A DNA stretch of 64,000 nt, taken from positions 69,378,401 to 69,442,400 of the forward strand of contig NC_057719.1 in the NCBI RefSeq assembly GCF_004010195.1. The letters run 5' to 3'. Position numbers and translations under genes: made by a program. Origin of the DNA: Chiloscyllium plagiosum (lineage: Eukaryota). Of the stretch, positions 1 through 13,337 are shown one piece after another. Numbering within the stretch: position 1 is the first letter of the stretch; each line of letters opens with the position of its first letter. The notes under the pieces are model-generated. The model made no database searches. It was not told the DNA's origin and saw only the letters and a program-made list of their open reading frames with translations.

Positions 1-485
1 AGAGGTGGAAAGGGTTGGGGAGATATGCAGTTAGGTCTAACATATGAGGAACGGCTGAGGATACTGTGATTGTATTCGTTGGAGTTTAGAAGATTAAGAG
101 GAGGCTTAATAGAGGCGTACAAAATAATACATGGCTTGGAAAAGGTGGATGCTAGGAAATTGTTTCTGTTAGACGAGGAGACTAGGACCCGTGGACATAG
201 CCTTAGAATTAGAGGGGGTCATTTCAGATCAGAAATGCGGAGACATTTCTTCAGCCAGAGAGTGGTGGGCCTGTGGAATTCATTGCCACGGAGTGCAGTG
301 GAAGCCGGGACGCTAAATGTCTTCAAGGCCGAGATTGATAGATTCTTGTTGTCTAGAGGAATTAAGGGCTACGGGGAGAACGCTGGTAAGTGGAGCTGAA
401 ATGCGCATCAGCCATGATTGAATGGCGGAGTGGACTCGATGGGCCGAATGGCCTTACTTCCACTCCTATGCCTTATGGTCTTATA
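1..485 (+). mobile_element. CR1/HER1-type LINE 3' end (ORF2 C-terminus plus 3' UTR)
   Basis: ORF 70-399 LYSLEFRRLRGGLIEAYKI...TRGHSL...FFSQRVVGLWNSLP is the typical CR1 ORF2 C-terminus. GGCCGAATGGCC stem-loop and short-repeat tail follow. Confidence 0.92.
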
Positions 486-1039
486 CAGTTGCTGCAATTG
501 CAGCAATGCTCGATTTGTTGAAGAAGTTAAAAGGTCTGTGATGGGAGGAGGTCAGTCAAGAATCAAGGACAGAGATTTCATGGTGCAAAGGCCAAGGGGA
601 GCATAGCAGAGAAACAAATGATCCTGCCATAAGGAAAATAGGTCATCCTATTGTTTCTACTTGTCCTATTCTTCTTCCCATTTCCACCTACCTCAACTGT
701 TTTCTTCCTTCCTTGTCTAGTCTCTTCTTACTGGTATCTGACTCTTCCGATACTCTATGTCACATCAAGTTTCCTTGCCCTAACTAACTCTGCATCATCG
801 TAAATATCCAACCTCTGCTTCTTATGCCCCCACCAGAAAGGTCTGTAGGAGTTCTCACTTTTGCTTGAGCAGAAGACCAACCAGTTATCATTACTACCCT
901 TCTTCCATTTGGCCAAATTCGTTTTACACTCTGAAAAAGTTTTCTTTCAATACTCATTTCCTCAGAATAAAAAGGTCTTGCTATAGGCTCCTTCATACAT
1001 TAATGACTTATAGCAGTATATTCTGCTTTCACTATAAGC

Positions 1040-1270
1040 TCTAAAATTTCAGTTTTCTCACTGTCCCACCTTTAATTCTTCACTTCCTGCCCTGGACTTC
1101 TCTCTCCCTACTTCCAAGGGAGTAGGCTATTAATTTTCATTACAAGCTCACAGATGCCCATAACTACTTGGACTATACCAGCTCATACCCCAAACTCTGC
1201 ATGATTATATTCTGCTCCCCCTGCCTCTCTATCTTCGTATCTGCTTAGGTGCTGATACCTTTCCAAGCCC
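1040..1270 (+). mobile_element. Very decayed Penelope-like RT/thumb remnant
   Basis: cattacaagctcacagatgcccataactacttggactataccagctcatacccc reads HYKLTDAHNYLDYTSSYP, resembling the PLE motif YxKPTDxHxYLxYxSxHP. Confidence 0.6.
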
Positions 1271-1864
1271 CACAGAGGAACTCCACATTTGATGGCTGCC
1301 GTGCAGTCATTCAAACCTTATATGGCATGACCATTTGTTTCTCTGCTATAATCTCCTTGGGCTTTGTACCATGAAACCTCTGTCCTTGATTCTTGACTGA
1401 CCTCCGCCCATCATGGATATTTTAACTTCTTCAACAAATTAAGCAGTTGCTGTGATTATGATATCCGTATTGCAACCAATGTAGCAATTGATCACAACTC
1501 TTCCATTGCTTCTTCAGTCTTTGTGAATATTAAATATTGTTCTGCCACCAGACACCACTGACCCCCTTGTCCACTGCTGACTCAAGTAACTTCAATAAAC
1601 TTTCCTAATGATTCACTTCTTGGTGTAAATACCTTAAATATCAGTAAAATATTGTATCTGCTGCTATTTCTGGATTTACATGTTCTTTTCTACTCTTCCC
1701 ATCTTGGTGGAGTGCCACACTATGAGCTTTGGCTCTTCCCTTGGATTTCTTGACCAAACAAATGTTTTTGTTATTCACTCACAGGCCTGGCTGTGCCAGC
1801 ATTTATAAATCATAAGTTACCCCTAATTCCCTTGAGAAATGGTGGTAAGTTGCATTCTTGATTC

Positions 1865-2072
1865 AGAGTAGAGTGTGAGATACTGGTAAAGCACAGCTAG
1901 TCAGGCAGCATCCGAGGAGCAGGATAATTGATGTTTCAAGCATAAGCTCTTCAGGGAAGCTTATACTTGAAACATCGACTCTCCTGCTTCTTTGATGCTG
2001 CCTGACTGGCTGTGCTTTTTCAGCACCACACTCTTGACTCTGACCTCCAGCATCTGCAGTCCTCACTTTCTC
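1865..2072. mobile_element. Penelope-like pLTR-derived palindromic insert (family A)
   Basis: Inverted arms (gtcaggcagcatccgaggagcagga / tcctgcttctttgatgctgcctgac). Tail on the right arm only. Imperfect TSD gcattcttgattca (1852-1865) / gcatttttggttca (2076-2089). Confidence 0.8.
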
Positions 2073-2183
2073 CCAGCATTTTTGGTTCACTCCAGTCGAT
2101 TTGCTGTAGGTATATCCACGATGTCATCAGGGATGGAATTCCAGGATTTTGACGCAGTGACACTGAAGGAATGGTGATACATC

Positions 2184-2470
2184 ATGGAATCACAGAATTC
2201 CTAAGGTGGGGTCTAAAATGACCCTCCATAGAGCATCCCACCAAGACCAACCCCCTACCCTATCCCTACATTTTCCCTGGCTAACTCTAGCCTGCACATC
2301 CCTGAACAGTATGGGCAATTTAGCATGTCTAGACACCTAAACTGCACATATAGGAAACCTATGCAGACACAGGAACAATGTCCAAACTCCATACAGGCCA
2401 TCGTCAGAGGGTGGAATCGAACTTGGGTCCCTGGTACTGTGAGACTGCAGTGTGAACCATTGTGCCACCC
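2184..2470 (-). mobile_element. HE1-type tRNA-derived V-SINE, old copy
   Basis: Degenerate match to the young copy at 62860 (gggcaatttagcatg, aaactcca, cactgtgccacc-like head). Confidence 0.75.
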
Positions 2471-3411
2471 AAGTCAGGAGGAGTAACTTGGAGGGGAACT
2501 TTCAAATGGTAGTATTTGCATGTATCTGCTGCTCTTGATAATCTAGACAGGAGAAGATGTGTTTTTGGAAGATCTTGGTTAAGGAGCCTTGGCGAATTGG
2601 TGTGAAGAAAGTTCTGACCCACTTCACTTTAAATAATTGACATGCATCTCAGGCTCATGCCGGATGATAAAATTTTTTTTTTCCCGTGGCCCATACATAC
2701 TGTGACAGGTTGCAACACTATGAAAATCTGAATTGTGAACCTTAACACCAACTGAAAAGAGACATTGGATTGAGAAAGCTATGCAGTCTTAATTTGCCTT
2801 TTGCTTTGTCAAAGTGTTGAACAATTTTCTCATGAATGCATTCTAGGAAAAAGGCCAAGTATTTTCATAACCTCGGACAGGGTTTGATGGCGTTCTTTTA
2901 TGTTTAGATCTCAAATATCCATCCTCTCAAGTGGACAAAAATGATTCCAAGGCACTTTTGCAGAAAACATTTATCCCTTAACCAACACCACTTAAAACTT
3001 ATGATCTGTGGGACTCTGCTCTAGTCAAACCAGTTGCAGTGTTTTGTACATTACAAGTCACTACAATAAAAAGTAGATAATCAGCCAGCTGAACAAGGGT
3101 AGGTCACTGAAGCCCTTGAATGTGCTCTATTAAAAGAGATCATAATCCCCAAGCTAACTCCAAAATACAAATAACTATTTTAAGTTGTTTAAAAGGCGTG
3201 GAAAGACCATAAAAATGAGGCTTCGTCTTAAATGGGAGACATCTTATTTTGAAGATTAGCAGTGTTTTGGAAATCAATGAGGCACCACAAAGTTAATAAA
3301 ACAGGGAATAAAAATTTGAGTAAACTACCTCAATATAAAAAAAAAGAGGTAATAGTTTTAATAATATGTTGAAATGAGAATAGCTCAATAAACATTGGCT
3401 TGCTAGAAACA

Positions 3412-3492
3412 GAAATAAGGGGAATGACTATGAGGGAAATAAGGGGAATGACTATGAGGGAAATAAGGGGAATGACTATGAGGGAAATAAGG
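3412..3492 (+). repeat. 24-bp tandem repeat (gaaataaggggaatgactatgagg x3 plus partial) inside a decayed CR1 ORF2 remnant (~3300-3640)
   Basis: Three identical units at 3412, 3436 and 3460. Flank resembles the CR1 'GNKEMAE.LN.YF' region. Confidence 0.9.
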
Positions 3493-3704
3493 AAATGGCA
3501 GAGACATGGAACAAGTATTGTGTCTAACTTCATCGAAGATGACACAAATTATGTACTGGAAACAGAAGGCAATCCAACCAAAAAAGAATGAATAATTTTA
3601 GGGGAATTAATATCAGGGAAATAGTCTTGGAGAACGTGTGGATTGGCAATGGAGAACTAATATTGCTAATAGAATAAATGTTGTCAAAACTTTTCATCTT
3701 TCAC

Positions 3705-3880
3705 GTCATACAACACGGAAACGGACTCTTCGGTTCAACCAGTCTACGCTGAACATAATCCCAAACTAAACTAGCCCCACCTGCCTGCTACTGGCCCATA
3801 TCCCTCCAAACTTTCCCAATTCATGTACTTACCTAAGTGTCTTTTAAACATTGTAACTGTGCCTGCTTGCACCACTTCCT
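3705..3880 (-). mobile_element. Short CR1/HER1 3'-tail fragment
   Basis: Matches the 3' ends of the fragments starting at 15237 and 55983. Confidence 0.75.
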
Positions 3881-4109
3881 TAAGTAAGAAATACTAAAAT
3901 AAAATGAAAATAACATTTCTACAGTATGAGATGAGTATAATGGACACAGACATGGAGAAAGCAACAATTAATGATGACAGAGTTAAACGCTAACTTTAAA
4001 TTTTATGCCAGACAGGTTGACTGGTCAAGGCACTGCCCTCAAATTAACCAGAAAATGACAGTCACCTATTTTATTAAGTTGACACAGGTGTAGCGTGAGT
4101 ACATAAAGT

Positions 4110-4252
4110 GAAACAAGACCTGCAAATTCTGGAGATCTGAAAACAAAGATAGGAAATGCTGAAGAAAGCAAACCTCATGAGGTCTGACAACATCCGTGGA
4201 AAGCGAAAAAAAGAGATTTAACGCTTGGAGCCCAGTGACCTTAGTTCAGAAC
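4110..4252 (-). mobile_element. Old Penelope-like terminal fragment (family C)
   Basis: aaatgctg...aggtctg.ca.catc.gtgga...ccagtgacc...tcagaact, shared with 50231-50355 and 58296-58440. Confidence 0.55.
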
Positions 4253-4689
4253 TGTGTGTGAGAGAATGCTTTCACTGGTACCCGTTCTTTCGGTCTGCAA
4301 AGACAAGGCTTTGTGAGATTAATATATGCAATTTCCATGGCACTATACTGCTTAAGTGACAACAGTAAATTGAAGGTCACTAATATTTTGCACACACAGA
4401 ATTTTGACTGCAACATGTGTTTTTCTTCAGCAACACAAATATTGGAGAAACCCAAGGGATTAAAATTGAACAAATCTTTAGTCAACAATGACCTACAATC
4501 TAAAACACCAATATAATTTTACAAAAGGATTTACTGTGTCAATTTAATTACATTTTTTCCCAAGAATATTACTGGCAGTGCAAAATAAAGCCTAGTGTGT
4601 AATTTTTAATGGCAGTTACTGGGATTGAGTTGGTAACTAGTGGCTTTCTTCTGTATGTCTGAAGTTAATTATTAACTCGAATGTATTTC

Positions 4690-5531
4690 TGTAACCACAG
4701 TGATTTTGTTTAAGAACAGCTTTTAAAGCCTGGCTGCAGACTGAATGTTTTTTGGACTTCTGTTTCTTTCGGATTGTTTGCAAGCCAGCATGATAAACAT
4801 GGGCCTTAAAGGGTTTGTTCAATATTCCTGAAATTTATTTTCTTTTTAAATTTGGGGAGAGGTTCCCTTGGCTGAGTAAGATAACCTTTTAGTTTAACTC
4901 CTAACTTTGGGTAGTGTTTAGAACTTGGAACAAAACAGCTGTATAGAGTAGAGTAGTGTTCTCAAGAACAGAAGAGTAAGAGTTAGTATTGGATCCTGAC
5001 TAGATAAAAATCCTGAAGTGCATTTATAAGCTAAGTGCAGTGATGTGCAGTTGTATGACAAATCCAGGAAGAAGCTATGCACTTTAACAATTGAAGGCTT
5101 AAGTAACTTAAACACATTGAGATATTCGATTCAGACATACTGATGTGGGTAATGTACTAGTCATCTTTTGGTATTGTCCAAGGAATAGTGTTTTGAGAAC
5201 TGTACCAGGGACGCTAAGGCTAGCAACAGCAGGTTTGCTTTTTTTCCCCAATTTATTAAGGAGTGCTTTCAGATGTGATTCTTCTTTTACTGTGGTTTAA
5301 AATTTTTTGAATTTGTATTATATGTAGATGGTTTGGATTATAGTGTTACCTTCGTTAGTTAGCTTGTTACAAGTTTTCCAATTTGGTGTTAAAGCAAAAT
5401 TGCAGCAGTATGGTTATAGTTCAGAGAGACTACTTAATGAAAACCAAAACAACTGAAGTTATGATCAGTCAAGCCAATCTCCTGTCGGAGATCTGAACTG
5501 CTCGGTAATTATGTCAGCTGAGATCATAACA
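4690..5531. mobile_element. Possible solo LTR (TGT...ACA)
   Basis: Begins tgtaacc and ends tcagctgagatcataaca with T-rich interior. No TSD confirmed and left boundary uncertain. Confidence 0.3.
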
Positions 5532-6831
5532 CAGGGACAATTAAAGAAAAAGCACACTTGGATTTCCAATGGGGATTTGATAAGATGCCACATGAATAAT
5601 TAATACACAGGATAAGAGCTCACAGAGTCGGCCGTAATGTGTTAGTACAATTGGACGATTAGCAATTGGATGATTAGCAAGTGGACAGAAAGCAAAGTAT
5701 TGGGATAAACGGGGCATTTCTTTACCTGCAGGCTATACCTGCATAGTAACTTTGTATTCCTCATGAAGTCCACTACTGTTCACAGAATCAAATTTGCTCC
5801 TATACAGAAAGACATTCTGCCATCATGTCAGATCTGGCTCTCTGAATGAGCACTAATATATTGCCACACCCTTGCCTTTTTCTTGACAGCCCTGCAAAGC
5901 AGATTTTATTTAAATAGAATTCCTTGATTTTCAGTAGCACAGTCATAACTATGTGGAAAAAACAAAGTGAAACAACTAAGTGAGTTAGAACTTCCTGTAA
6001 GAATGAATGTTAAAGTCAGAATTAGATTCCTCCGATATTTCCCTCCCAGAATAAAATGTACAAATTATGAGATAACTGTGTCATACGTGTACAATACTTT
6101 GTATTGCTAGCTGAAATAACTTTCAAAAGAGAGCATTAACTAAGAGAGAAATACAACACTATGTAAAGTAAAACAATGTACCCATGTAAAGTACTTTTCA
6201 ATTGACCATGGTTTTATCAAAGTCTTCGTTGGTACATTTTTGAGCTAAAGTTCCAGGTCTACCTTCACTGACCAACTCCTGCCACTTGGAGACCAGACTT
6301 TAGTGCAAGTTCTTAATGGGAGTGAGGACCAAACCTTGGAAAAGAAAAACAGATTTCAAGGTATAAGCTCAGAACAAAGAATGGGGGAGGATAAACAAGG
6401 CTGGGAGGTAAGGGCAAGAAGGTAGGACAGCATCAGGGGCAACATACTAAAGGTGGAAGTGGAAGTGTTGGGCTCAAAAAGGTCAGGTGTGCAGACATGT
6501 CACAGGAAATGTGTAGCACATTTTTAATTGAAATTGGCCACATAAAAATGGATATTGTGTCATTATTTATATAAACAATGTTAAGTAAAACAATGTTAAG
6601 CAGGGACTTGCTGCAAATAGTTGAAACCCCAGTACGGATCCAGGTGGCACTGCACTTGTTGCCTCTTGTTAACATGAAATGACCCACTTATAGTTACTCT
6701 CATCTTGATGTTGTCAGATGATGCATGAGCACTATAACCACTTGTATTGCAACAGATAAAGCCAGCCCACCACATTCTTAAATTGCTAGGAGACAGACAA
6801 TAAAAGTGTAGCTTTATCAAGATGCCAGGAA

Positions 6832-8800
6832 CAGAGTTATAGAGATGCAGCACAGAAACAGACTCTTTGGTCCAACTCCTCCATGCCGACCAGATATCCT
6901 CAATTAATCTAGCATTTGGTCCATATCTCTCTAAGCCATCCAGATGCCTTTTAAATGTTATCATTACACCAGCCTCCATAATTTCCTCTGGCAGCTCATT
7001 CCATAAATCACCACCCTCTGCAAGAAAACGTTACTCCTTGGGTCCCTTTTGAGTCTTTCCCCTATCACCTTAAACTAACGCACTCTAGTTATGGACTCCC
7101 CCACCCCAAGCGTTCTTCACTATTCTATCTACCTGAGACTCTACTTTCAAGAAACTGTGAACCTGCATTCTATGGCCTTTTTGTTCAGCAACACTCCCCA
7201 GCATCTTATTGTGTATATAAGTCATGCCATGATTTGCCTTTTCAAAATGCAGCACCTCATATCTAAAATAAATTATATCTGCCACTCTCCAGCCCATTGG
7301 CCCATCTGCTCAAGATCCTGTTGTACAGAGATAACCTCCTTTGCAGTCCACTACACCTACAATTTTAGTGTCATCTACAAACTTACTAACCATACCTCCT
7401 ATATTCACACCCAAATCATTTATATAAATGATGAAAGAAAGAGTGGACCCAACACCAATCCTTGAGGCACATCACTGGTCACAGGCTGCCAGTCTGAAAA
7501 ACAACCCTCCACTACCACCCTTTGTCTTCCGCCTTCAAGCCATTCCTGTCTCCAAATAGTTCTCCTTGTATTTCATGTGATCTAAACTTGCTAACCAGTG
7601 TATCCTGAAGAACCTTGCTGCAGCCTTACTGAAGTCCATATAGATCACAGCCACAGCTTTGCTTTGCTTTCATCAATTCTCTTTGTTACTTCTTCAAAAA
7701 ACTCAAGTTAGTGAGACATTATTTCCCACACACAAAGCCATGCTGACTATCCCTAATCTGTCCTTACCTGTCCAAATACATGTACATCCTATCCCTTAGG
7801 ATTCCCTCCAACAACTTGCCCACCACTGATGTCATGCTCACTGATCTACAGTTCCCTGGCTTTTCCTTACCACCTTTAAATAGTGGCACCATTTTAGCCA
7901 ACCTTCAGTCTTTCAGCCCCTCACCAGTGACTATCAATGATACAAATATCTCAGCATAGTGCCGAGCAAACACTTTCTCAGCTTCCCAGAGTTCTCGGGT
8001 ACACCTGATCAGGTCCTGGGAATTTATCCACTTTCATGCATTTTAAGCAATCCAGCACCACCTCCTTTGCAATATTAACACTTTTCAAGATATCACTATT
8101 TATTTCACCACATTCTATATCTTGCATATCGTTCTCCACAGTAAACACGGATGCAAAATACTCATCTAGTATCTTGCCCCATCTCCTGCAGTTCCACGCA
8201 TAGGTGGCCTTGCTGATCTTTAAAGGGCCCTATTCTCTGCCTTGTTACCATTTTGTCCTTAATGTATTTGTAGAATCTCTTTGGATTCTCTTTAACCCCA
8301 TTTGCCCTCCTGATTTGTCTCTAAACTATACTCTTACTGCCTTTATACTCTCCTAGGGATTCACTCAATCTCGGGTGTCTATACCTGACATATGCTTCCT
8401 TCTTTTTCTTGACCAAAACCTCAATTTCTTTAGTCATCCAGCATTCCCGACAGTTACTAGCCTTGCCTTTCACCCTAACAGGAATATATGGTCTCTGGAT
8501 GCTCGTTAGCTCTTTTCTGAAGACTTCCCATTTTCCAGCCATCCTTTTACCTGCGAACTCCGGTCAACTTTTGAAAGTTCTTGCCTAATACTGTCAGAAT
8601 TAGCCTTCTGCCAATTTAGAATTTCAACTTTTAGATATGGTCTATCCTCTTCCATCACTATTTTAAAACTAATAGAATTATGGTCACTGGCCCCAAAGTG
8701 CTCCCCCACTTCAGTCACCTGCCTTGCCTTAGTTCCCAAGAGTAGGTCAAGTTTTGCAATTTCTCTAGTGGGTATATTCACATACTAAATCAGAAAACTT
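6832..8800 (-). mobile_element. CR1/HER1 LINE, decayed ORF2 (endonuclease C-end through RT to 3' tail)
   Basis: ORFs 8506-8781 (LDLLLG...GEHFGASDHNSISF), 8321-8542 and 7085-7297. Many stops and frameshifts. Confidence 0.9.
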
Positions 8801-11149
8801 TGCATACGTGGTTCTTCAGTTGCATGTCTTGCTGCTTCTGAAGTTCTCAAAAACTATTTCATCTTTTTTCCAACTCTTATTCTACTGAATATTTGGAAAT
8901 ATTTTAATCACAGCAGAATTTCCAGTGAATTAGATAATATTCATTTTAGGTTTCACACTAGCATCATGTAAATTTAGGAAAACAAATGATAAAAACTGAA
9001 AATAATTTACAGAAATTAAATTCAGTAAGAAAATGGCACTGTGTTATTGGAAATAAAATAACTCATTCTTGAGATTTATTAGAATACCAATGTCTCACTT
9101 TCAAAGGAATTATTGGAAAAGTTATACGTGCTATTGATAACCTTAATTTTCAGAAAATATTCAGTCAATATTCAATTTCTAAACACGACTCAATTAATTC
9201 TGCTGAAATAAATTACATTATTAATACTTATTAATGACATCCAAAATAAATTAAGGTGATGTAGAGTTCCAGGCCATTCTTAACAAATAGGAACACTACT
9301 GAATTTTTTGTACCTCAGGTATTTCTGTAAACCTTGAGCAAAGAGATCTCCTATTCTTCAAATAATTAGTTTGGGGGAAGTGTCCTTGTGATTATATTTA
9401 CAATAAATGCCACTGCTACTCCTTGGGACATCTTGTTTGTAAATGTGAAAAAGATTATCATTATCATGGTACTGAATAAAAGTCAGTGGGGAAAAATGAG
9501 CTTGGAATACATGATCAGCATTCCATTACTAAAACACCACTTGATCAATTGATAAAGAGGTTTATGGGCTGTAATTCTATTTTTAGATCAAGTGCTGCTG
9601 TTGCAATTTAGATTCAGACACAATGAATCATTTCAGTTAGAGATAACACTGTTGCAAATTTATTTTAGAGATAGTTAAAAATCTTGACAGCATCTAATCC
9701 TGAACTAAGATTAGCATTTGCTGGAAAACGAGTTGGGTTATCCGATAAGAGTGAGGGTAATTACATTCTCCTGCACAGTAAATTTGACTATAGCTCAATT
9801 TTGATTGGAAAATAATTTTAAGTGTCCATTGGTTAATTTATTTCATGAAATGAGGGGTGACTGTCTGAAATGATTGATGTCGCAAGTATTTCAACTATCT
9901 CAAGCAGTCACAGCAAGGAACCTGGCACATAGCACAGTGCATTTCTCTTTCAGTTCCAGAAACTTACATTACTTTCCTTCAAATATTTATTTGCACCTTA
10001 CTTCTGGCTATCTGTTCTTATAACCTTGGTCCTGCTGCTCATAACAATTCATCTGTGCTGACAAGCCATTTGCAACAAGAGAACATCTCAGAGGATACAG
10101 ACGTCAGTGATTTCTGTATTCTCTAATTACAGGTTGCTGCGTGCCTAAGCTTATTAACAGTGGTGGGTAATGAGCTATTTTCTTGCTGTGTTCAATCGCA
10201 CTAAATGCTTGTAACATGGTGCAGCACAGCAGTATTCCATTTGATATCAGTTCTCTCTCCTTCAAAATCCTGGTCAACCTGCAACATGAATCTCAGCAAA
10301 AGTATTTTCTGCTTGGTCAATGTGACATTTCAGTTGGAAATCTATTCGTACAAGCCCTCAATCAAGTGGCAAATGGCTATCAAAATGTAGCTGCTATATT
10401 ACAAAAGGTAGGTAAAATAGCAGCTTCATCTTCACAAAACTAATGGAACAATGTATTCCTTTGGAAAGCATCTGTGGTTACTAAACAAATGTAGGGGCTT
10501 TGTGGTTTCTTTGAAAAAACCCTCCGGATTTCTCCACATCTAAATATTGAATCTTTGCAGTAATTGGGGAAAAAAATTCTAAGTGAACTTGGGAAATTTA
10601 CTGGAGAGCTCAGTAGCCTAATTTGGAGTTAGATACAACTTCTAGGAATCAGCAAACATAAGTTTTCATTCGTCTCCCTAGGTGAAGATGAGGAAGGAAT
10701 AAGGCAGCGAGGAAGACAGCAAAACAAAAAAGGAATAAGTGAGAAAGAAACGCAGCTGAGAAAGGAAAACAATAAAGATATAAGCATAAGAAAGGAAAAA
10801 TGGAGAAAAGAAAACAAAAAAAACTGGAAAATAAAATAAGTAAAAGCATGAGGATGAACAGAGTAATATTAAACAAGAAAGAACAAACAACCACCAGATC
10901 CATGAGTTGACAGAAAGACACACATTCCAGATGAACAGCTGCAGAACACACAGGACAATGAAAAAAGAGGAAAAGAATGGTGGGGTGTAATATGGAGTGG
11001 GTGACAGGGAGAAAGGAAAATCCAGAGGAATGAGAGAGTAAGGGAGAAACTATAATAGAGTGAGGGAGACACACAGTGGATCTCATGTTAATAATCTGAC
11101 ATGTTACATCTCTAAAGTTGCACAAGACGACCAAATGCACAATTACGTT

Positions 11150-11240
11150 ACCTGGTCAGTTAGCTCAGTTGGCTAGATGATGAGAGGGTCATGCAGAATG
11201 ACACCAATTACATGGGGTAAATCAAGTTCTGGCTGTCAGA
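11150..11240 (+). mobile_element. Degenerate tRNA-derived SINE head
   Basis: A-box-like tagctcagttgg, with a decayed B-box region and no cloverleaf. Confidence 0.4.
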
Positions 11241-13028
11241 GCTTATGGAAGCTAAATGGTCTGCTTCCATAATGTTGGGAGTCTATGGTTCAATATTGAC
11301 TATATCCTGATAATTGGAAGTAAATATAATTATATATTCTTTAAAACAGGAGGCTGGACAACGCAGAAGAAGTTGAAACACTATGAAAAGACCTCAAGCT
11401 AGTTAGAATTGGAGACTATTGAGGGTCCTGACTGATTCAGCTTAACAGATGGGCAGGAAAAGTTAGAAGAATTAAAAACTACTGTTTAAATAAGAAACGT
11501 ACCCTTCAAATGCACTCATTTCAAATCCAATCCTCATACACAGCCCCTACCATACACCTAATGCCCCAAATCACCTCCCACTCTCCCAGATCCCACACTA
11601 GACCAAACTTTACTCCACCCGACCTTACCTCCTTAGCCTCATATGATCCAACGAAATTCCTGGACTGGCCATCCCCAAACCAGCTGTTACGCTATCCTAA
11701 CATTCATCAATGAACCTACCGCCCCACCCATACAAGCCTACTCTTAACCACCAGACTGCACAACAACACCCTTCCAAACTTAGTTGCCTCCCAGTTCCTC
11801 TTCCACTCACCTTCTGCACTTCTCTCACATGCCGTTAGGAAATTAAAAATCTTGGAATATAGCAGTTTACGCTGCAAGCAACAATACGCATGGTTTCAGT
11901 ACCAGTCTACGCTGTAGCTAGCTGCAGATTCCTGGCCTGGACTAAACTGCTGGGAATGCTCAGAGACTTGCACAAGTATATATGTGTTTTTGTTTGAGCA
12001 TATATTCACAGATGTTAAGTGTGGTCATGTGATCATCTTTGGGAATTTCAGTTAAGTTCTCCATTTGGGAAACCTTCTTTAATTCAAGACTGTTTCATTC
12101 AATGTTGTTTGAGAACTGCAACGTGAAGCAGCTCATAGCGCAGAATAATTAATGAAACAGATTATGTCATCAAATTGAGTGCCATTCTTTTGCACTGTCA
12201 ATGTCAATGTTGTTCATATAGTAAAGACTGCTGACATCCCCCTCCCTGCAGCGCCTCATCACTGCTCTATTGGCCCCAGCTGGGTAACTTTTTTCTGGGA
12301 CACATCTTTCAAAATAATTTCAATTTCTTGCTTGCAGAGTTATAAACAATTGCAGTTCCCGTCACTACCCTTCTGAAGGTTGCAGTCATATATCAACCCA
12401 ATAAAATAAATCTTTCATAGCTTTTTTCAGGAATTACCTTGAACAAAATTGAAACCTGCTGAGACTGTTTCTGCAATTCTATTTATGCTTTGTAAAATTC
12501 TTTCCCCCTCCCCCCATTTTCTGGTCTTGGCATGTCACACACCAACCAAGTAGTCGCACTGAATGGTATGTAACAGCCCTTCCAGCTGTGCAGCAGCGCA
12601 GTTCAGGGATCGGAGAGTAATGTACTTTTTTGCACTCTGCCTTGACTCAGTGCATCTGTTTCCTTTGATGTGCAATTGCAGCAAAAGCACAGACATGGAG
12701 ATGCGCCTGCTTTACAAGCAGAAACAAATAACACAAAATCCATCCAGTCACTGAGAATGTTTGGATTGATTACATGATCCATCTTTAGAAAGGACGCATT
12801 GCATTCTATACAAATGGAGTTCCCACAGCAATTTGTCAGACCACTTTTTCCTCTAACTTAAAAGTAAATCAACCATTTTAAGAGTGGCCAAATGGATTGT
12901 AGGTTGTTTTTAAGGGAGCATTAATAATGTAAATTATTAGAGCAGTACTGCACAAGGGGCCATTCATTCCTATCAAGTCTCTGCCAATTCATTTGAAGAT
13001 CAAACCAGTTAATCCCCATTTCCTTCCT

Positions 13029-13337
13029 ATTAGATTACTTACAGTGTGGAAACAGGCCCTTTGACCCAACAAGTCCACACCGACCCGCCGAAACGTAACC
13101 CACCCATTCCTGTACATTTACCCCTTTACCTAACACTACAGGCAATTTAGCATGGCCAATTCACCTGACCTGCACATCTTTGGACTGTGGGAGGAAACCG
13201 GAGCACCCGGAGGAAACCCACGCAGACACGGGGAGAATGTGCAAACTCCACACAGTCAGTCGCCTGAGTCGGGAATTGAACCCGGGTCTCTGGCACTGTG
13301 AGGCAGCAGTGCTAACCACTGTGCCACCGTGCCGCCC
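13029..13337 (-). mobile_element. HE1-type V-SINE, young full-length copy
   Basis: tRNA-like head with A box and B box (GGTTCAATTCC), V-domain (tgtggagtttgcac.ttctccccgtgtctgcgtgggtttcc), CR1-like 3' tail ending in aatct repeats. Confidence 0.93.

Larger units (their letters stand above)
1760..2600 (-). mobile_element. Old CR1/L2-like LINE 3' fragment, interrupted by a Penelope hairpin and an HE1 SINE
   Basis: Reverse-complement similarity to the 33320-34090 element (ggaattccaggattttgac, cccttgagaa..tggtgg). Confidence 0.65.

Noticed and set aside
3330..3591. ORFs with REIRGMTM / LISLIVIP repeats; also a possible CRISPR-like array
   Set aside because: These are translations of a 24-bp tandem repeat with no spacers, in a vertebrate LINE remnant.
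4700..4760. HSVCSQALK on the minus strand as a candidate for the next STXBP6 exon (HSAADSVTSAVQKASQALNERGE)
   Set aside because: Only a few residues match; the intervening residues, NERGERL and splice sites are absent.
10629..11140. Hydrophobic F/L-rich ORFs resembling membrane proteins
   Set aside because: Produced by the pyrimidine-rich low-complexity strand in all three frames, with no recognisable homology or exon structure.
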